From Macrostomum lignano (lineage: Eukaryota), in NCBI GenBank assembly GCA_002269645.1, contig NIVC01000850.1, positions 335,904 through 399,903 of the forward strand: DNA of 64,000 nt. Direction: 5' to 3'. Below are positions 14,536-28,869 of this stretch, piece by piece. The position numbers and the translations under genes are program-made. The notes under the pieces are model-generated. The model was not told where the DNA came from and ran no database searches. It worked only from the letters and a program-made list of their open reading frames with translations. Each line of letters opens with the position of its first letter. Within the stretch, counting starts at the first letter, position 1.

Positions 14536-15204
14536 AGTTCTTCGTTTAGCATAATTTCAAAGAATTCAAACAAAATCATCCGCCAAGTCAGATAACACAG
14601 TCGAGTCCTGTAATTAATTCCATCCGTCTGCTTATCACAGCAAAACGGCCAGTCGGTCGCTGTGGAAAGAAACACAGCGTCCGAGTTACGACGCTTTTGC
14701 AATTTACGTTGCGAGCAGAAAAAATGCGCACCGACTCCATGGCGGGGAGATAAGGACGACGTAGACACCCGTCCCCGAGCCATAAATTCTTATCAGGGAA
14801 ATTTCCCAGAAATTGGGAGGAGAAGGAGGAGGAGGGGGGCGTAATCTCGAGTCTTTTTTGAGCAGCAGCTCAATTGGAGCTTGGGGAATGCCAAGCCAAG
14901 CTTTAGAGGAAGATTGGCCTCTGATGACCCATGGCTGGGTCCCAGATCATTCTCGGCTGTTTGCTCAGCCTGAGCCGCTACAACTCGTTTTCGGGAGGCT
15001 GCCTTGGCGTCGTATTAAAACCATTTAGCCAGCTAATTTATTCCGTTGTCGGCTGACGGGCCCCATTGGGAGTGGGTTGGAGGAGCGGCGGTTTAACCGA
15101 GTTCGAGAATCGCGATATTCAGAGAGCGAATATCGCGATTTTAAAACGAAAAAATCTGCATTTATTTAAAGCAATTATTGTCAAACTGCTCTAAATGCCT
15201 TTGG

Positions 15205-15325
15205 CTCTGTCCCCTCTGTCCCCTCTGTCCCCTGTCCCCTTCTAGTGACCCTCTGTCCCCTTCTAGTGACCCCTGTCCCCTTCTAGTGACCCCCTGTCCC
15301 CTTCTAGTGACCCCTGTCCCTTTCT
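15205..15325. repeat. Short 10/20-bp array CCCTGTCCCCTTCTAGTGAC
   Basis: Read directly. Confidence 0.8.
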
Positions 15326-15624
15326 AACCCCCGCAACCTGTGTCACCTGACCATGCATTTCACACTTTATTAATAAATTACTGGTACCATGACGGGTTCC
15401 CACGAATATTTTGCTCGCAAAGTGACGAGTGCTGCTTTGACAGATTTTTCCTATAGGCAATCATATTTGATTGACAGATTCAAAAATATAAAAAATCGTT
15501 TTTTTTATGACGCACTATACGAGTATAGAGAGTCTCCATGAGTTAATCCTTCAGATAGGTTCGTGTCAGACTGATTTTTTACGAGTAGGTATGCCTAAGC
15601 CATGAGATCTAGCACCTACATGTA

Positions 15625-16125
15625 CCTCAAATCTGAGACTGAGCACTCTCCTCAAATCTGAGACTGAGCAGTCTCCTCAAATCTGAGACTGAGCGCTCTC
15701 CTCAAATCTGAGACTGAGCAGTCTCCTCAAATCTGAGGACTGAGCAATTCTCCTCAAATCTGAGACTGAGCACTCTCCTCAAATCTGAGACTGAGCACTC
15801 TCCTCAAATCTGAGACTGAGCAGTCTCCTCAAATCTGAGACTGAGCACTCTCCTCAAATCTAAGACTGAGCACTCTCCTCAAATCTGAGACTGAGCACTC
15901 TCCTCAAAGCTGAGACTGAGCACTCTCCTCAAATCTGAGACTGAGCAACTCTCTTCAAATCTGAGACTGAGCACTCTCCTCAAATCTGAGACTGAGCACT
16001 CTCCTCAAATCTGAGACTGAGCAACTCTCTTCAAATCTGAGACTGAGCATTCTCCTCAAATCTGAGACTGAGCAGTCTCTTCAAATCTGAGACTGAGCAG
16101 TCTCCTCAAATCTGAGACTGAGCAC
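15625..16125. repeat. 25-bp minisatellite CTCAAATCTGAGACTGAGCACTCTC, ~20 copies
   Basis: Period 25 read directly. Confidence 0.95.
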
Positions 16126-16354
16126 TGCTCATATTGCAAAGTATCCTAGACAGAAGAAAAAATACAGTCAGAGTCGATGGGGTATAAAAAATTAGCAAAA
16201 ATAGCAATCTCGTACAACTTTTTCTAAAGCTTCTTGAATTCCCAAAATCCTAGTCAAACGATACTCAACTTTAGCAGCAGTAAAAATAGCAAGGATTTTT
16301 AATACTGACATGCAAAATTTTGCTTGTACATGTACAGAACAGTAACTTCGGATG

Positions 16355-16593
16355 CAGAGGTTAGCAAACTTTTTTTACCTCAAGGGCCAAGGTAAAGAAT
16401 TCCTAGCTCACTGCTGGGGTTAAAACGAGAGAGGAGAAGAGATCGAGGGAATAGAGAAGAGAAAGGAGAGAAGAGAGGAGAGAAGAGATTAACCTTGAGC
16501 GGACCGCATTGCTATTGTAAACTTGTGAAGTTTCCAAAGACCCGAGGGCCATATAATACGAGGGTTTCGCGGGCCGGAGTTCGCTGACCCCAG
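16355..16593. mobile_element. hAT/Charlie-like non-autonomous MITE
   Basis: Imperfect TIRs CAGAGGTTAGCAAAC ... GTTCGCTGACCCCAG; subterminal AAGGGCCA and CGCGGGCCG as in MER58-type elements; no matching 8-bp TSD. Confidence 0.6.
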
Positions 16594-18039
16594 AGCTACC
16601 AGGTCCCCCGTTATTTCAAAATGAGTCAGAGGCTCTCAGCTTCTCAAAATTAGGAACCAGCTATATACCGGTAGAATAGCTAAAGGCATTGCTTTACATA
16701 GGAGACCGGCCCACTCCATCCAGATCGTTATCGGCTGCTCTGATCTTTTGAGTAAAAATGAGTAGTCCCCCGACTCTTCTGTGAGTTGGTGGGCGTTGCG
16801 GGTATATCAATTTGAGGAAACAAAGAACACACTCAGATCATATCCGGAGACTGTTACACGCTTCTCAAAAAGACCCTATAGTATTTTTATTTTTATTAGA
16901 AAGATCAGCCAGAGCTCTCATCGCATGGCGCAAGGCTGAGTCGGTGATGTAATCCTTAGTACTCAAATTCTTGTCGTGAATTATTCATTAAAAGCAATCT
17001 GCTAGCTAGCTCAGACTCTATAGCCAGCAAGATGGTGCTAACCTTTGGATGCTGCATCCGGTCTCTATGGGCTGTGGACTGAACTTTGAGCTCTGTTTAA
17101 TCATCGAAAAAAACTATAGCTAGTTCTGGATTCTGAACTAACAACAGAGCCCCTCTTAATAGCATTTCCGGACAGTGGCCAGCTATCAAACGGGACGAGT
17201 TAAACTCGGCCAATCCTGCAATTAAGCAGTCAACTAACTGCCACAGAAACTCAAGCTCCGCCTCCGCAGACCGACTCAAAATAACGGTTGTTTTGTTGAG
17301 TTGTTTGCTCAGCTAATTGGCTTTCCATCTCTCTCTCTCTGTTTTACAATGGCAATTAAAATTAGTCGATCTTGCCGCTGAATTTTAAATTTAAGGCACT
17401 GTGGAATCCAGTGTACATCTGTCACGAATGTACATTGGTTATTTCAGTTAGACAGGCGCGCGGAGCCTGAAAACTTTCTTTTCAGAGCTGACTTTTTCTT
17501 ATTTAAATCTAAGTTGCGCTGTTACCCATCGGTTGAATGTACATTAGCTCAATGTACAGTTAGCCCTTTTCAATCCAGATCCGGGCGCTTCATTTCTCCG
17601 TTCCTTATAGCTAATGATTCTCTCCCATGATTTATTACTTAATACTCGTATAATACGGAAGTTTAATATGACAAAAATAATAGAATCTTTCTAGGACCCT
17701 TCGTCGAGATTTTGTTAAAATAAATTTTTACATTTAAAACAAATAACTTTAAGACATGACTTAAACGGAGGCTTTGATGCCAGAGCTCACAGGGGGATCT
17801 TAGGCTTTACATAGCTGGATTTCAGGTCTGATGCTTTTTTGCTTTAAAGAGCAAGATGCTAACAATTGCGTCTGTACAGGTGTACAGGGTACATGTGCAT
17901 GTGTGCATGTAGGTAGTGGGTGTAAGGACAATGAGGGCGTGTTAACAATCTAAATTATTAATAACTTCACTGGTTTTAAACCAATTAAAACCTTCGATAA
18001 TTAGTTTCAGATTGTTCAACCCGTCGCATTGACATCCGC

Positions 18040-18897
18040 ATGACAACGCCCAGGATGCAGAGCTGCTCCATATTCGCATTTCTGTGCCTCTCTGCCGTCG
18101 CTGTCAACTTCGCCGCCAGCATGCACATCTTCGAATCGACCCTGCAGGTGAACGAAGAGGAACCAATTCGAACTTTGGCTAATGTTGCCACAGCCGGCAA
18201 CCTGCGAGCGATACTCGGCGACATCCCCGGCCTCTCCTACAACTTTATGATGGGAACAGATCCTTACCTAGAAGTTGACGCCAGCACTGGCGACATCAGG
18301 CCGAAAGCCAAGCTCGACATTGAGGCCATGTGCCGATCTCCACTGAATGAGGGGACAACCTGCCGGGACGACAAGCTGATGCACAAGTTCACCATCATCG
18401 TGCGCTCGCGCGGCAACCAAGTAGCTCGAGGCACTTTCACTCTCACTGTCTTAGATGTGAACGACAATGCCCCGGTATTTGCGCAAACTCTTCACGAAGA
18501 GAGACGAGATGAGAGCGTCTGCGTCGTTGTGCCAATCGCCTGCCCCAACCGTAAGATCTCTCTGTCAGTAGCCAAAGACAACGACCTGTCGTCAAAGTAC
18601 AACACCATCAGCTATTCAATGGACCCGATAAACATGTCTCTGAACACTTCCGTGGACTTTCGACTAATTAGTCCGCAGGTTGGAGCTCCCCACCTGGAGA
18701 TTGTGTCCGGTGTTGACGCGGAAAGAATCGAACAATACGAATTCACCCTGGTTGCTAGGGACTCGGGCGGTAAAGAGGGTCGCACCAAAATTCGCATCAT
18801 AATCAACGATGTGAATGACAACAGTCCGATGTTCACGAAGAAGACCTACGAAGTCGAGGTGCCCGAGAACACGCTGATAGGTGCAACAATTTTCAAT
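18040..18897 (+). CDS. Pcdh: Protocadherin exon 1: signal peptide, EC1, EC2, start of EC3
   Basis: Hydrophobic N-terminus (SIFAFLCLSAVAVNFAAS); cadherin linkers LDVNDNAPVF and INDVNDNSPMF; VPEN motif; donor AAT|GTGAGT at 18898. Confidence 0.93.
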
Positions 18898-18994
18898 GTG
18901 AGTAGAAATTAGCACTTAAACAATTTTTTGACAATTTTGAAGTATTCTAAATGTGGACTGTCGCTCACGCTTCTGTCTAACTTGATTCCGCAAG

Positions 18995-19347
18995 CTTGCC
19001 TCCCAGATCCTCAGTTGCTGGGCCAGCCTCCCAGATCCGCAGTTGCTGGGCCAGCCTCCCAGATCCTCAGTTGCTGGGCCAGCCTCCCAGAGTGGCAGTT
19101 GCAGGGCCAGCTTCCCAGATCCTAAGTTACTGGGCTAGCCTCCCAGATCCTCAGTTGGTGGGCCAGCCTCCCAGAGTGTCAGTTGGTGGGCCAGCCTCCC
19201 AGATCCTTAGTTGCTGGGCCAGCCTCCCAGAGTGTCAGTTACTGGGCCAGCCTCCCAGATCCTCAGTTGCTGGGCCAGCCTCCCAGATCCTCAGTTGCTG
19301 GGCCAGCCTCCCAGATCCTCAGTTTCTGGGCCGGCCTCCCAGATCCT
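18995..19347. repeat. 28-bp minisatellite TTGCTGGGCCAGCCTCCCAGATCCTCAG
   Basis: Period 28; starts ~100 nt after the exon 1 donor. Confidence 0.93.
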
Positions 19348-20620
19348 CTTACTAGCTTTATTACAAGCCAGCACAAGAAACCCTAGGAAAAATGCACCCA
19401 ACCTACTATTTTCGCGCCCTCGGAGTTCATCGCTGTGAAGTTTTATCTTGTTGATTTAGAAACGAAACTTGCATCAAGATCTGGGCTTTAAAATACGCTC
19501 ACAGGCTGCAGTTGGGCAGTTTCGCATTCTAAGATTGATGGCAGCCCGAATTTCCCCTGGGGGCTTGAAGACAGTTGAATCGGAATACATAGAAATGCAT
19601 TTTGGTCCGGGGCTAGTTCCAAAAATACTTAACCGAAAGTGCAGACTTCTGCCAGCACGCAGGGCTACTCCTCCAGATGGGCCGGTTTTGCACTATATTA
19701 TCTGTTTCAACATCTCCTCTGACTACTAATACGGCATGCTCGCGCTTCTGCTCTTGGCAGTTTCCCTTCTTGCTTGGCGTCGCACCAGAGTCCAATACTT
19801 TTGCTTCTTTTTGGTACTGCACAGAGCGCACTGCATGCCTGGGATTTCCCCATCTTCTTCCCAATCTCTCTCTCTCTCTCTCTCTCTTGTCTGCCTGTGA
19901 ATTTCTCATTGGTAACCACAAGAGGCTGATGATAGTGCCTCCACTATTTTCCCTTCAGAAGCTATAGAGCCCGAAACTCCCGGGAGATTCATATTGTGTC
20001 ATTCGTTAATACCTGATGCCGCCTCTCTGTCTCTCTCTGTCTCTCTCTCCCTCTCTCTCTGTCGTTACTATGCTATGCTAAGCATTGTATTAATCTAGGA
20101 GTATATAGAGGAGGCAACAGGGACAGATTTCGATTCGAAGATAAACTTGGGACACCTATAGCCATATAGGTACGCCATTGCCGCAGGGTTGTATCATCCT
20201 TCCCAATCTTTTTTCCCTTTGCAGCCATGCGGATTTCCATCCTTGCTGCTCTTTTTCCTTCTTCTTCTTCTTGTCCCTAAAGTTGTTTTGGGCCCGCGGA
20301 TCTGACAGTGACTGCAGGACGTCATTGTCTTGCTCTGCATGTCCGCCGCCGCGGCAGGATAAAGATATGGAACAGGCATTTTGAATTTGCGAGCGAATGA
20401 TGGACATGAAGTGGGAGACAGAGGGTTAGAGATAGTATGCGCCTTAGATAGGATTTCAACACGAACTGCTGTCAACAGGAAGCCATGTTGCTATTTAGTT
20501 GGTTTTTAGTTCATTTTGTCAATTCTATGTTAAATTTTAATACTTAACGAAATTTATTACCTGACTGTAAAGTTATGGTCTAGATTTAAATAGTAGAAAC
20601 TTTTGTGACACTGGGGAATG

Positions 20621-21405
20621 GAATGGTTTAAGGACCCTAAGAATGGTTTAAGGACCCTAAGAATGGTTTAAGGACCCTAAGAATGGTTTAAGGACCCTAA
20701 GAATGGTTTAAGGACCCTAAGAATGGTTTAAGGACCCTAAGAATGGTTTAAGGACCCTAAGAATGGTTTAAGGACCCTAAGAATGGTTTAAGGTCCCTAA
20801 GAATGGTTTAAGGACCCTAAGAATGGTTTAAGGACCCTAAGAGTGGCTTAAGAACCATAAGAATGGTTTAAGGACCCTAAGAATGGTTTAAGGACCCTAA
20901 GAATGGTTTAAGGACCCTAAGAATGGTTTAAGGACCCTAAGAATGGTTTAAGGACCCTAAGAATGATTTAAGGACCCTAAGAATGGTTTAAGGACCCTAA
21001 GAATGGTTTAAGGACCCTAAGAATGGTTTAAGGACCCTAAGAATGGTTTAAGGACCCTAAGAGTGGCTTAAGAACCATAAGAATGGTTTAAGGACCCTAA
21101 GAATGGTTTAAGGACCCTAAGAATGGTTTAAGGACCCTAAGAATGGTTTAAGGACCCTAAGAATGGTTTAAGGACCCTAAGAGTGGCTTAAGAACCATAA
21201 GAATGGTTTAAGGACCCTAAGAATGGTTTAAGGACCCTAAGAATGGTTTAAGGACCCTAAGAATGGTTTAAGGACCCTAAGAATGGTTTAAGGACCCTAA
21301 GAATGGTTTAAGGACCCTAAGAGTGGCTTAAGAACCATAAGAATGGTTTAAGGACCCTAAGAATGGTTTAAGGACCCTAAGAATGGTTTAAGGACCCTAA
21401 GAATG
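20621..21405. repeat. 20-bp minisatellite GAATGGTTTAAGGACCCTAA, 39 copies
   Basis: Period 20; recurrent 4-mismatch variant unit. Confidence 0.97.
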
Positions 21406-22126
21406 GGCAAAGATCCTTTGAAATGGCCCCTTGCGGGCACCCCAGAGATGATAAAAGGACATAAATGTGTTATCGAATAGTTTTTTTGCATTCACCAGCC
21501 AAGCAGTTGTCTGTTGAAGTGTGTTTTCATTTTCTTCTTGAAATTCAGCCAGTAGTTTTCAGTATAAGGTAAAGTCTAATAAGCATGAAATATGAAATAT
21601 AATTGCATGTATCGGTTTTTATCGCTTCGGTCGTCCTTATTTTGGCCCATTTCTGGCACAAGACTGCTCATGCTCTTTCTGACTGAGCTGGTTAAAATTT
21701 CCAGGGGAGGAATGCAGACTCGGCCTTCTGTCTTCTTGCTGTTAAATTAAAAAAAACTTTGGGGTGCCCTCCGTTTCTGCTTTTCTGCTATTTTTGCCTT
21801 TCTTAAATTTGTTTAATTGTTACTTTTTTGCCAATTCCGGACTCAGGCAATAAATTCCTAATAAAGTAACTTATCTAACAGTTTCTTTTATGGATTTATA
21901 TGTAGTGTGTACGTTTTGTACATGGAGATTGCTAACTTAATGGCAGTCCACACCAGATTAAATAGATACTCGTAGATTGCTCAAATCAATCCTAAAATGA
22001 GTTTGAACAAACTATACAATGATTTGAGCAATATCTAATGTACTAAAATTAAAGTTCCAAAGAAGTTCTCTCAGAAAAAGGTCGAAAGTCGTCTACATCG
22101 ACTTGTATTATTACCGTTGTTTTTTA

Positions 22127-22380
22127 CACCTGCCATAATCGCCAGATGTGCAACCGACAGCTTAGTGACATCTGAAGGTTGTTGAGGCCAAGGACTGGGG
22201 GGTCGCCACACACACCCTCAGTTACCCGCACCCATTTTACAGCTGGGTGAACTGAAGCAATGCATAGTTAAGGTGTCTTGCTCAATAAGGACACAAATTG
22301 TTCCAGTGGGATCGGGAATCGAACCTCCGACCTTCAGGTCGAGAGTCCGACGCTCTAAACACTAGGCTAGAGACCCCTGC
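22127..22380 (-). mobile_element. Same SINE family, copy 2, in protocadherin intron 1
   Basis: Reverse complement gives TAGCCTAGTGTTTAGAGCGTCGGACTC...GGTTCGATTCCCG...GAACAATTTGTGTCC...CAGCTGTAAAATGGG...GTGGCGACCCCCCAGTCCTTGG...GCTGTCGGTTGCACATCTGGC, collinear with copy 1. Confidence 0.85.
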
Positions 22381-22915
22381 CATGGGATTATTGCAATGGT
22401 ACTAGTTGAAACAGTGTAAAGATTTGGAAGTGGACTTAAATTCAAAATAGACACACCCGAACACACCTAAGCAAGGCCTTAACCCAACCTGGATGCACAA
22501 GTCCAGCTATAAGCCGCTAAGTGGCAAGCGATGTTCCGGTGTCAGTCATTGGAAACCAGCCAGCTTACGCGCATATTTCAGGTATATACTGTAGGTAGAA
22601 AATAACTGAAATCTGAAATCGAATATGCCAGAAATTTCGATTAGGGGATGGGGCCTAAGCCTTGAAGCTTCTACCATGAGTGAGTGAGTGTTAAGCTTCA
22701 AGCTAAAAAGTGTCTCTTTAAGCTATTGACAAACACCTTTAGGTTAGATTAGGGCGATTCGTAAGCCTACTGCTGCATAGATGAACGGCTGCAACTAAAA
22801 AAAGCAGAGAATATATTTCTCAAGCCAAAGCTTGGCATTAGGAGATCAATTTCTGCAGTGCTGAAATCCTTTAGGTGAAGTTTTTAGCGTTTCTTGGGAT
22901 ACTGGAGGAAAGTGA

Positions 22916-24172
22916 GGACACACAGATGGGTAACAAACACACGGAGCTAGGACACACAGATGGGTAACAGACACATGGAGCTAGGACACACAGATGGGTA
23001 ACAGACACATGGAGCTAGGACACACAGATGGGTAACAGACACATGGAGCTAGGACACACAGATGGGTAACAGACACACGGAGCTAGGACACACAGATGGG
23101 TAACAAACACACGGAGCTAGGACACACAGATGGGTAACAAACACACGGAGCTAGGACACACAGATGGGTAACAGACACATGGAGCTAGGACACACAGATG
23201 GGTAACAGACACACGGAGCTAGGACACACAGATGGGTAACAGACACACGGAGCTAGGACACACAGATGGGTAACAAACACATGGAGCTAGGACACACAGA
23301 TGGGTAACAAACACACGGAGCTAGGACACACAGATGGGTAACAGACGCATGGAGCTAGGACACACAGATGGGTAACAGACACACGAAGCTAGGACACACA
23401 GATGGGTAGCAGACACACGAAGCTAGGACACACAGATGGGTAACAGACACATGGAGCTAGGACACACAGATGGGTAACAGACACACGAAGCTAGGACACA
23501 CAGATGGGTAGCAGACACACAAAGCTAGGACACACAGATGGGTAACAGATACATGGAGCTAGGACACACAGATGGGTAACAGACACACGAAGCTAGGACA
23601 CACAGATGGGTAACAGACACACGGAGCTAGGACACACGGAGCTAGGACACACGGAGCTAGGACACACGGAGCTAGGACACATGGGGCTAGGACACTTGGG
23701 GCTAGGACGTTTGGGGCTAGGACACATGAGGCTAGGACACATGGGGCTAGGACACATGGGGCTAGGACACTTGGGGCTAGGACACACGGAGCTAGGACAC
23801 ACGGAGCTAGGACACACGGAGCTAGGACACATGGGGCTAGGACACATGGGGCTAGGACACATGGGGCTAGGACACATGGGGCTAGGACACATGGGGCTAG
23901 GACACATGGGGCTAGGACACATGGGCTAGGACACACCGGGCTAGGACACACGGAGCTAGGACACACGGAGCTAGGACACACGGAGCTAGGACACACGGAG
24001 CTAGGACACACGGAGCTAGGACACATGGGGCTAGGACACATGGGGCTAGGACACACCGGGCTGGGACACATGGGCTAGGACACACAGGGCTAGGACACAC
24101 AGGGCTAGGACACACAGGGCTAGGACACACAGGGCTAGGACACACAGGGCTAGGACACACAGGGCTAGGACA
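22916..24172. repeat. Bipartite array: 34-bp unit followed by a derived ~15-bp unit
   Basis: GGACACACAGATGGGTAACAGACACACGGAGCTA to ~23629, then GGACACACGGAGCTA variants. Confidence 0.95.
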
Positions 24173-24846
24173 CAGGCAGCAGAAGTCGTACTAATCATTT
24201 GCTTATCTATTTAAGCGATCTAAGCCACCTGAGAACAGGATGCAAACCATCTCAAGGATTTTTGTCATTCAAAGTGTACTCGGGTAGCCCCGTTCCATGC
24301 AAAAAATTTTCCTTCTGCAATTCTGACGACGAGAAGAATGTGACAAAATGTAAGAGTCGTTTGCAGCATCACTCTCATCCAGCCCCACTTATGCTGCTGG
24401 GGCTGCAGGATGAATTTCATTTTTATAGCCTTTGGTGAGGAGAATAGAAGAATCGAGGCTGAAGATGAAGAATGATGAAGCGTTGCAGAAGGATGCTGGA
24501 GTGCTTGCGTGTGTCTGCCGCTTTTCCGTCCTCTCAGCTTTGTTGGCTTTTGGTTCCTGGTAGTATGGGCTTTCTTCTACTTCAATGCAGAGCCGCCATG
24601 CAGGTACATATGCATATCATTTTGTTGCTATGGCCTAATTCCTGAGCTCTCCCAGTCTGATGGAGAATGCGTGTGAGATGTGGCGCCCCCGCCCGCTTTC
24701 TCTTCTAGCCGATTTCGACAGGCAATTGGGCGTTTCCGTTTTTTACCTGAGTTTTTGTGCTGCGCATAATTTGCTTTGGTGCTCCATTGGCGTGCTTTAT
24801 TTAGCTCTTTTAGTGCTACAACGCACCTGAGAGCAGTGAACAATGC

Positions 24847-26058
<1,212 letters not shown>

Positions 26059-26819
26059 CTGTGCACAGCAGTCAGACACAACAGATCATCTGCAACCCAC
26101 CTGCTGAAATGTGCAACTTAGCCGAAACAGAACCATTTTGATCGTCTTGTTTATTTCTCAAACACACGAATGATGCAGAGGATATTTAGCAGAGGCTCCA
26201 CAGAGGCTGGGGGAGCCAAGCACGCAGGCAGCGCCACCAGCCACCGATTTTCCTAATGGATTGAAAAGTTCAGTCGAAGCTGAAGTCACCAGAAACGGTT
26301 CGTTCAGGGGAGTTTTCGGAATAAATTTATGTGTGAAAAATCCGAGGCATATATGCACGGTAGGCACTATAACCCAATCCCTTGCTTTAGAATTCTCTCT
26401 GCACTGACCGCTCTCTAGAACGCTTTAAGAATTGAAGGTTTCAGCAATTGAACCGCGGTGTTAGAGTATGCGTTTTGGGGGGCTGATGGAATGGTTACTA
26501 GCCCTGTTAGCCATATGCTTGCCAGTCCCTTACACAAGTGCTGACGTATGAATTTGTGGAGAATTTATTATCATTTTTTGGCAGAGAACTTTGCGAAGGA
26601 AATAAAGTGCAAAGCCTGCGATGTTCGAGAATTCCGGTAGCGCGAGGGCAGATCCTGCTAGTGCAAATTGGGGTTTGACTCAAATTAGAAAGCTGATATT
26701 ATTTACTCTGGAGTCAGTGGCACACATATGCTTTGCACTTTGCACTTCAATGCTCACAGCAGTTTAGGATTTAAAAACTTGCATGTTGTGTTTAAATATA
26801 AGGCTATGAATGAATGAAT

Positions 26820-27250
26820 AGAATGAACAGGAGATCATGAAGATGGTAATTCTTAGAATGAACAGGAGATCATGAAGATGGTAATTCTTAGAATGAACAG
26901 GAGATCATGAAGATGGTAATTCTTAGAATGAACAGGAGATCATGAAGATGGTAATTCTTAGAATGAACAGGAGGTCATGAAGATGGTAATTCTTAGAATG
27001 AACAGGAGGTCATGAAGATGGTAATTCTTAGAATGAACAGGAGGTCATGAAGATGGTAATTCTTAGAATGAACAGGAGGTCATGAAGATGGTAATTCTTA
27101 GAATGAACAGGAGATCATGAAGATGGATATTCTTAGAATGAACAGGAGATCATGAAGATGGATATTCTTAGAATGAACAGGAGATCATGAAGATGGACAT
27201 TCTTTGAATAAACAGGAGATCATGAAGATGGATATTCTTAGATCATGAAG
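26820..27250. repeat. 35-bp minisatellite GAATGAACAGGAGATCATGAAGATGGTAATTCTTA
   Basis: Period 35. Confidence 0.94.
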
Positions 27251-27679
27251 ATGCAATGAGAATAATGAGCCAGACATTAGAAGTCAAAACAAAGATAATG
27301 AAGAAGAGACTTAAAAGCAAATTGCAGCAATTTACATTCATACAGAAGCACAAACGCACCGTCAAAGAAAACAGTTGGCCTTTGTAAAATCATTCCATCA
27401 ATTTACGATACTAAGCGTACGGTGCATGTATTGATATAATTTGCCTGTAGACAGCATGACAGTTGGACAGGGGTCGAACTCCTTTCCTCTGCTTCTATCT
27501 TCGCTTGTTTATCTTCTGGATAGCAACTGACCAAATAAATAAAAGGGCGCAGCATAGCCCCAAGTTTAATTAGACCTTTTAATAAGATTAGTGCGGTATT
27601 TTAGGATAGTAAAGAATAATGCTGGTATGGAAATTGTAGAAAAATATTAAAGGTTTTCGAGAATCGTGATAGATAGGAG

Positions 27680-28230
27680 AGAGGAAGAGAGAGTGGTAGA
27701 GCGGAGGAGAGCGGAGGAGAGAGTAGTGGTAGAGAGCGGACGAGAAAGGTGTGGACAGCGGAGGAGAGAGTAGAGGTAGAGAGCGAAAGAGAAAGTGGTA
27801 GAGAGCGGAGGAGAGAGTGGTAGAGAGCGGAGGAGAGAGTGGTAGAGAGCGGAGGAGAGAGTGGTAGAGAGCGGAGGAGAGAGTGGTAGAGAGCGGAGGA
27901 GAGAGTGGTAGAGAGCGGAGGAGAGCGGAGGAGAGAGTAGAGGTAGAGAGCGAAAGAGAGAGTGGTAGAGAGCGGAGGAGAGAGTGGTAGAGAGCGGAGG
28001 AGAGAGTGGTAGAGAGCGGAGGAGAGAGTGGTAGAGAGCGGAGGAGAGAGTGGTAGAGAGCGGAGGTGAGAGTAGTGGTAGAGAGCGGAGGAGAGAGCGG
28101 AGGAGAGAGCGGAGGAGAGAGTGGTAGAGAGCGGAGGTGAGAGTAGTGGTAGAGAGCGGAGGAGAGAGCGGAGGAGAGAGCGGAGGAGAGAGCGGAGGAG
28201 AGAGCGGAGGAGAGAGCGGAGGTGAGGGAG
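27680..28230. repeat. Purine-rich composite array GAGAGCGGAGGA / GAGAGTGGTA
   Basis: Read directly. Confidence 0.9.
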
Positions 28231-28792
28231 AGCGACAGCAGACGAGGTGTAAGCAATCGATAGTGTATGAGAGACAGAAGTGTACTAAGCAGGAAGGCAA
28301 GTAAATCCCCTTGGTGGAGCTCAGAGTGCCTGGGCGGAATTAGAACTACACCGCTCTGCTCTCTGCCGCATTCCTATCCAAAAAGTTCCTCCAACCCCTA
28401 AAAGCAAAGTCCTCTGTAAAATTTTCGATTGCATTATCCCTCCCTCTGCATGGCCCAGTGCCTCAGCGTTGCATAATTAATGGGGCTTGGATTTCGCTCG
28501 AACGAGCAACAGCCAAACTGAAGCGTTCTACGAATCGATTCGGGCGAATCCTATCCGTCCCCATTCGATGTAAAATTCTCCTTTTTGTCCGTCTGTCTGT
28601 CCGCCTGTCTGTCTGTCCGTCGTTTTCCCTCCTCCAGAGTCAGGCTTTGAAATTGATTGGGGGGTTTGCCGCCTGCCTGCCGGGGTGTCCGCGCGCCAGT
28701 CTCTGGGGTGACTCCTTGGTGGGGGGGGAGCAGGCAGTTTTAACTGCGAGGATGCTGAAGCTGTTGTGCTCGGTTGCGACCGACTGCATCCA

Positions 28793-28795
<3 letters not shown>

Positions 28796-28864
<69 letters not shown>
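28796..28864. repeat. (CT)n microsatellite
   Basis: Read directly. Confidence 0.97.

Positions 28865-28869
<5 letters not shown>

Noticed and set aside
20156-20475. Lys-rich short minus ORFs, possible transposase fragment
   Set aside because: No diagnostic motif; the Lys run comes from a short (TTC)n tract.
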